A DNA stretch of 64,000 nucleotides from Squalus acanthias (lineage: Eukaryota), in contig CM059432.1 in assembly GCA_030390025.1 (NCBI GenBank), positions 44,766,001 to 44,830,000 of the forward strand, written 5' to 3'. This document shows positions 60,180 through 64,000 of this stretch, one piece after another. Each line of letters opens with the position of its first letter. Position 1 is the stretch's first letter. The notes beneath the pieces were generated by a model, which had not been told where the DNA came from, searched no databases, and saw only the letters and a list, made by a program, of their open reading frames with translations. Position numbers and translations under genes: made by a program.

Positions 60180-61282
60180 ATAGGGAAATAAGGAGACATT
60201 TCTTTACTCAGAGAGTCGTTAGAATTTGGAACTCGCTACCACAGGAAATGTTTGAGGCAAATAGCTTAGATGCATTCAAAAGGAAACTAGACAAGTACAT
60301 GAGAGGAAAAAAAAAATAGAAAGATATGCTGAAAGGCCAAGATGAGGTAGATAGAATGGTAGGAGACTCGTAGGGCTGGATTTTGATACTGGGGGCAGGT
60401 TGGGGTCGTGAATCCCACTTTTTGGGTTGTAGACCCGCCTCCATCGACTTGTGGCCAACCCACTGTATTTTCCCTTGATTTACCTTGTTGAGCCCGCCCA
60501 GTGAGCTCATCAGGCCAATTAAAGGCCACCCGGCAACAGGTGACGTCACAGATTGACATTTCATCTGTCAAGAGCTTTTGACAGATGAAATATCAGCGTT
60601 TGACAGCTCTGTGAAGCTGTCAAACACTGACAATTTGTCTTCTAACTTGAGTCCTTCCTCTCAGGCTGAGTTAGAAATCATTCCAGCACAGAAATCAGAG
60701 GCTGAAACTTTTGACAGCACCACGGCTTTCCTGCTTTCTGTGCCGGTGAGATTTCTGACTCCCGAGAACTGAAGGGCTGACACCTGCAGGAGGAAGTTAA
60801 GGTAAGTAAAACTTTTTCCCACACTTTGCACTTACCTTACACACTTACCTCTGCACACATGCACCCATTACTCACCTGCCCACCGGACATATCGACCCCT
60901 CCAACCCCTGCAGACCCACGGTCCGCCCCGATAACTTGGCGTGGTTGGCACCTGTCGGGAAGCCCACATTTCACCTTTCAAAATAGGGATTAGGCAAAAA
61001 ACTGCCTGTTAACTACCTGTTAACAGGCAGTTAATTGTCACTAATATCTTCCCGCCTCGGGGAGTCGGGTCCCAGCACAGGTCGGGTACCCGCCGCCAAC
61101 GAAACTGGCATGGAGGTGGGTTGGGGGCGGGATGGGGTTGGGACCCCCGAATCTGCAACTTTAACCCCCCACACGCCTCCAAACCCGACTCCACGGGTCA
61201 ATGAAAATCCAGCCCATGGAGTTTAAACACCAGCTCTGACTAGTTGGGCTGAATGGCCACTTTCTGTGCTGTATATTCTATG
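60180..61282 (+). mobile_element. CR1 3' end fragment split by a MITE
   Basis: REIRRHFFTQRVVRIWNSLPQ...FKRKLDKYM; 3' UTR resumes at 61216 (GGGCTGAATGGCC...ATTCTATG). Confidence 0.8.
60373..61215. mobile_element. Harbinger-type MITE (TGACA-hairpin family)
   Basis: Perfect 12-bp TIR GGGCTGGATTTT...AAAATCCAGCCC; colinear with 36309-37136. Confidence 0.9.
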
Positions 61283-62830
61283 TAACTTGCATTTATATAG
61301 TGCCTTTAACATAGTAAAACTTCTCAAGGCGCTTCACAGAAGCGTAATCAGACAAACAAATAGGCACCAAGCCAAAGAAGGAAGGATTAAGACACATGAC
61401 CAAAAGCTTTGTCATAGACGTAGGTTTCAAGGAACGTCTGAAAGGAGGAGATAGAGGTGGAGAGGCAAAGATGTTTAGGGAGGAAATTCCAGAGCTTAGG
61501 TCCTAGACAGCTGAAGGCATAGCCACTAATAGTTGGTGAAGGAAGTCAGGGATGCACAAGAGGCCAGAATTAAAGAACAGCAGAGTTCTCGAGGAGCTGT
61601 AGGGCTAAAAAAGACTACAGAGATAGGGAGGGGTGAGGCCATGTAGGGATTGAACACGAGGATGAGAATTTTTAAATTAAGGCATTGCTAGATCGGAAGC
61701 CAATGTAGGTCAGCGAGCACAGGGGTGATGGGTGAACAGGACTTGGTGCGAGTTAGGACACCGTCAGCAGAGTTTTGGATGAGCTCAAGTTTATGGAGGG
61801 TGAAAGATGGGAGCAGGAAAGCATTGGAATAGAGGAGTCTGGAGGTAACAAAAGCATAAATGAGGGTTTCAACAGCAGATTGGCAAAGGCAGGGGTGGAG
61901 ACAGGCAATATTAAGTAAATAGAAGTAGGCGGTCTTGGTGATGGAGAGGATACGGGGTCGGAAACTCAGCTCTGGGTCAAATAGGATGCCAAGATTGCAA
62001 ATAGTCTGGTTCAGCCTGAGACAGGGCCAGGGAGGAGGATGGGGTCGGTAGCTAGGGAATGGAGTTTGTGCTGTGGGCCGAAGACTATGGCTTCGGATTT
62101 CCCAATGTTGAATTGGAGGAGATTTCTGCTCATTCAGAACTGGATGTCGGAAAAACAGCCTGACAACACAGAGGTAGTGGAGAGGCCGAGAGAGATGGTA
62201 GTGAGGTAGAGCTGGGTGTCATCAGAATACCTGTGGAATCTAATGTGCTTTCAGATAATATCACTGAGAGACAGCATGTAGATGAGAAATAGGAGTGGCT
62301 AAGGAGAGAACCTTGGGGAACTCCAGAGGTAACGATGCAGGAGCAGGAAGAGAAGCTATTGCAGGAGATTCTCTGGGTATGACTGGATTGATAAGAATGG
62401 AACCAGGCAAGGGCAGTCCCACTCAGCTGGTTAGGATTAGGGTTGGAGAAGGAGAGTGTGGTCAACCGTGTCAAAGTCTGCACAGGTCGAGAAGGATAAG
62501 GAGAGGTAGTGTACCATAGTCACAGTCACATAGGATGTCATTTGTGACTTGATTAGTGCTGTTTCAGTGTTGTGGTAGGGACGGAAACCTGATTGGAGAG
62601 GGTCAGACATGGAGTGGGAAATATGGGCATGGATTTTGGAGGTGACACCACATTCAAGGTCTTTGGAGAGAAAAGGGAGGTGGGAGATGGGGTCAAGGGT
62701 AGGTTTTTTGAGGAGGGTGATGATGACAGCAAATTTGAAAGGCAGCAGGACAGTTAACAATCTTAGCTAGCATGGGGGCCAGTAAGGGAAGTTTGGTGGT
62801 GAACAGTTTAATGGGAATGGTGTTGAGAGA
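61283..62830 (-). mobile_element. Degraded L2 LINE
   Basis: LQSGFRPYHNTETAL, GVPQGS; 3' tail CTATATAAATGCAAGTT. Confidence 0.88.
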
Positions 62831-62875
62831 ACAGGAGATATATATTCAAATATAATGTAGTAAGCTATTATATTC

Positions 62876-63516
62876 GAAATAACAACAGAAAACGCTGGAA
62901 AAACTCAGCAGGTCAGGCAGCATCCGTGGAGAGAGAAACAGAGTTAACGTTTCAGGTCGAAGACCCTTCGTCAGAACTGGAAAAAAGCAGGAAATGAAAT
63001 AGATTTAAAGCAAGTATAATGCTGGGAAAAGGGGGAGGGGAATGAAAGAACAAAAGGGAAGGTCAGTGATAGGATAGAAGGCAGGAGAGATTAAGAGACA
63101 TTGAGAGACATTAAGAGATATTCAAGGCGAGAGGAGGTGTTGATGTGACAGGTTGAGGCTATATGAAGTGTGAAATGCGCTGGCGGAATGAAGGACAGCT
63201 GCCAGCTTCAGGGAGGAAAGAAAAAAAGGGGCCAAACAAAAGGGTGGATGAAAAAATAAAATATATATGTATATGTGATAGGGGCCGTGGTTATGATCTG
63301 AAATTGTTGAACTCTATGTTGAGTCCAGAGGGCTGTAGTGTGCCTAAACGAAAGATGAGGTGCTGTTCCTCGAGCTTACGCTGAGCTTCCGTGGAACAAT
63401 GCAAGAGGCCGAGGACGGTGAGGTCAGAGTGGGAGTGGAGCGGAGAATTAAAGTGACAGGCCACCGGGAGCTCGGGGTCCCCCTTACGGACTGAATGGAG
63501 GTGTTCCGCAAATTCC
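62876..63516 (-). mobile_element. 5'-truncated Penelope-like element (family 1)
   Basis: FAEHLHSVRKGDPELPVACHFN...GLNIEFNNFRS, nearly identical to 45970-46196; TSD GCTATTATATTC (62864-62875 and 63517-63528). Confidence 0.93.
62942..62978 (-). ncRNA. Minimal hammerhead ribozyme motif (family 1)
   Basis: AGUU-CUGACGA-A-GGGUC(UUC)GACCU-GAAA-CGUU-AACU. Confidence 0.75.
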
Positions 63517-63684
63517 GCTATTATATTCATTAGCTTGTCATTTCACATTCTGTTTGAGTCATGTGTTCATGTGAAATAAGTTTAGTGGTATGAGCCTTTC
63601 TTCATCTGAACTGTGGAAAATAAATAATTATTAGGGCTATGCTAATGAAACAATAGGCTATTTCAACGCTTATTAAATGAGCCA

Positions 63685-63846
63685 GATTTTTGAACTACAG
63701 GGGAGTCAAGGGTTATGGGGATCAGGCAGATAAGTGAAGTTGAGGCCAAGATCAGATCAGCCATGATCTTATTGAATGGCGGAGCAGGCTCGAGGGGCTG
63801 AATGGTCTACGCCTGCTCCTATTTCTTATGTTCTTATGTTATTATG
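63685..63846 (+). mobile_element. CR1 3' terminal fragment
   Basis: GGAGCAGGC...GCCTGCTCC stem and (TTCTTATG)n tail. Confidence 0.9.
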
Positions 63847-63937
63847 TAGCCCAATGAGTAAGCTGCTCATTACATATGTATGATTATATTCATTACATTG
63901 CAGGACATGTGAGGAGAGGAGAAAGGTTGTGAGGGGT

Positions 63938-64000
63938 GCGGTAGCATTGTGGTTATGTTACTGGACTAATGATCCAGAGACATGAGTTCAAATCCCACCA
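63938..64000 (+). mobile_element. 5' tRNA-derived head of a SINE (runs off the window)
   Basis: A-box TAGCATTGTGG and B-box GAGTTCAAATCCC. Confidence 0.6.

Noticed and set aside
1..64000. CRISPR array, operon or other prokaryotic system
   Set aside because: No regularly spaced repeats and no dense gene packing; the content is vertebrate-type transposons with spliceosomal introns.

Overview
This is eukaryotic, repeat-dominated DNA, most likely from a cartilaginous fish (shark-type). The basis is a Deu-domain SacSINE1-like SINE, CR1 LINEs with an esterase ORF1, and abundant Harbinger MITEs. I recognise no host protein-coding gene; nearly every meaningful ORF in the track is transposon-derived. 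Contents: a Vingi/Ingi-type LINE; several CR1 LINEs, one near-intact with an open 989-aa ORF2; L2 LINEs; two Harbinger DNA transposons, each with a transposase region and a convergent spliced Myb/SANT-like gene; about ten Harbinger-type MITEs or derivatives; a decayed Gypsy provirus; two 1.6-1.7 kb solo LTRs with 4-bp target-site duplications (TSDs); tRNA-derived SINEs; and multiple Penelope-like elements. Four signals stand out. (1) Six minimal hammerhead ribozyme cores sit in two Penelope-type terminal-repeat families, some of them as tiny independently inserted copies. (2) Two otherwise dissimilar solo LTRs share an antisense B-box/T-loop hairpin module in U5. (3) Different MITE families share a TGACAG double-hairpin plus convergent splice-donor module. 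(4) A ~20 kb multi-level nest of insertions lies inside one Harbinger element. All family names come from motif recognition, not database searches.
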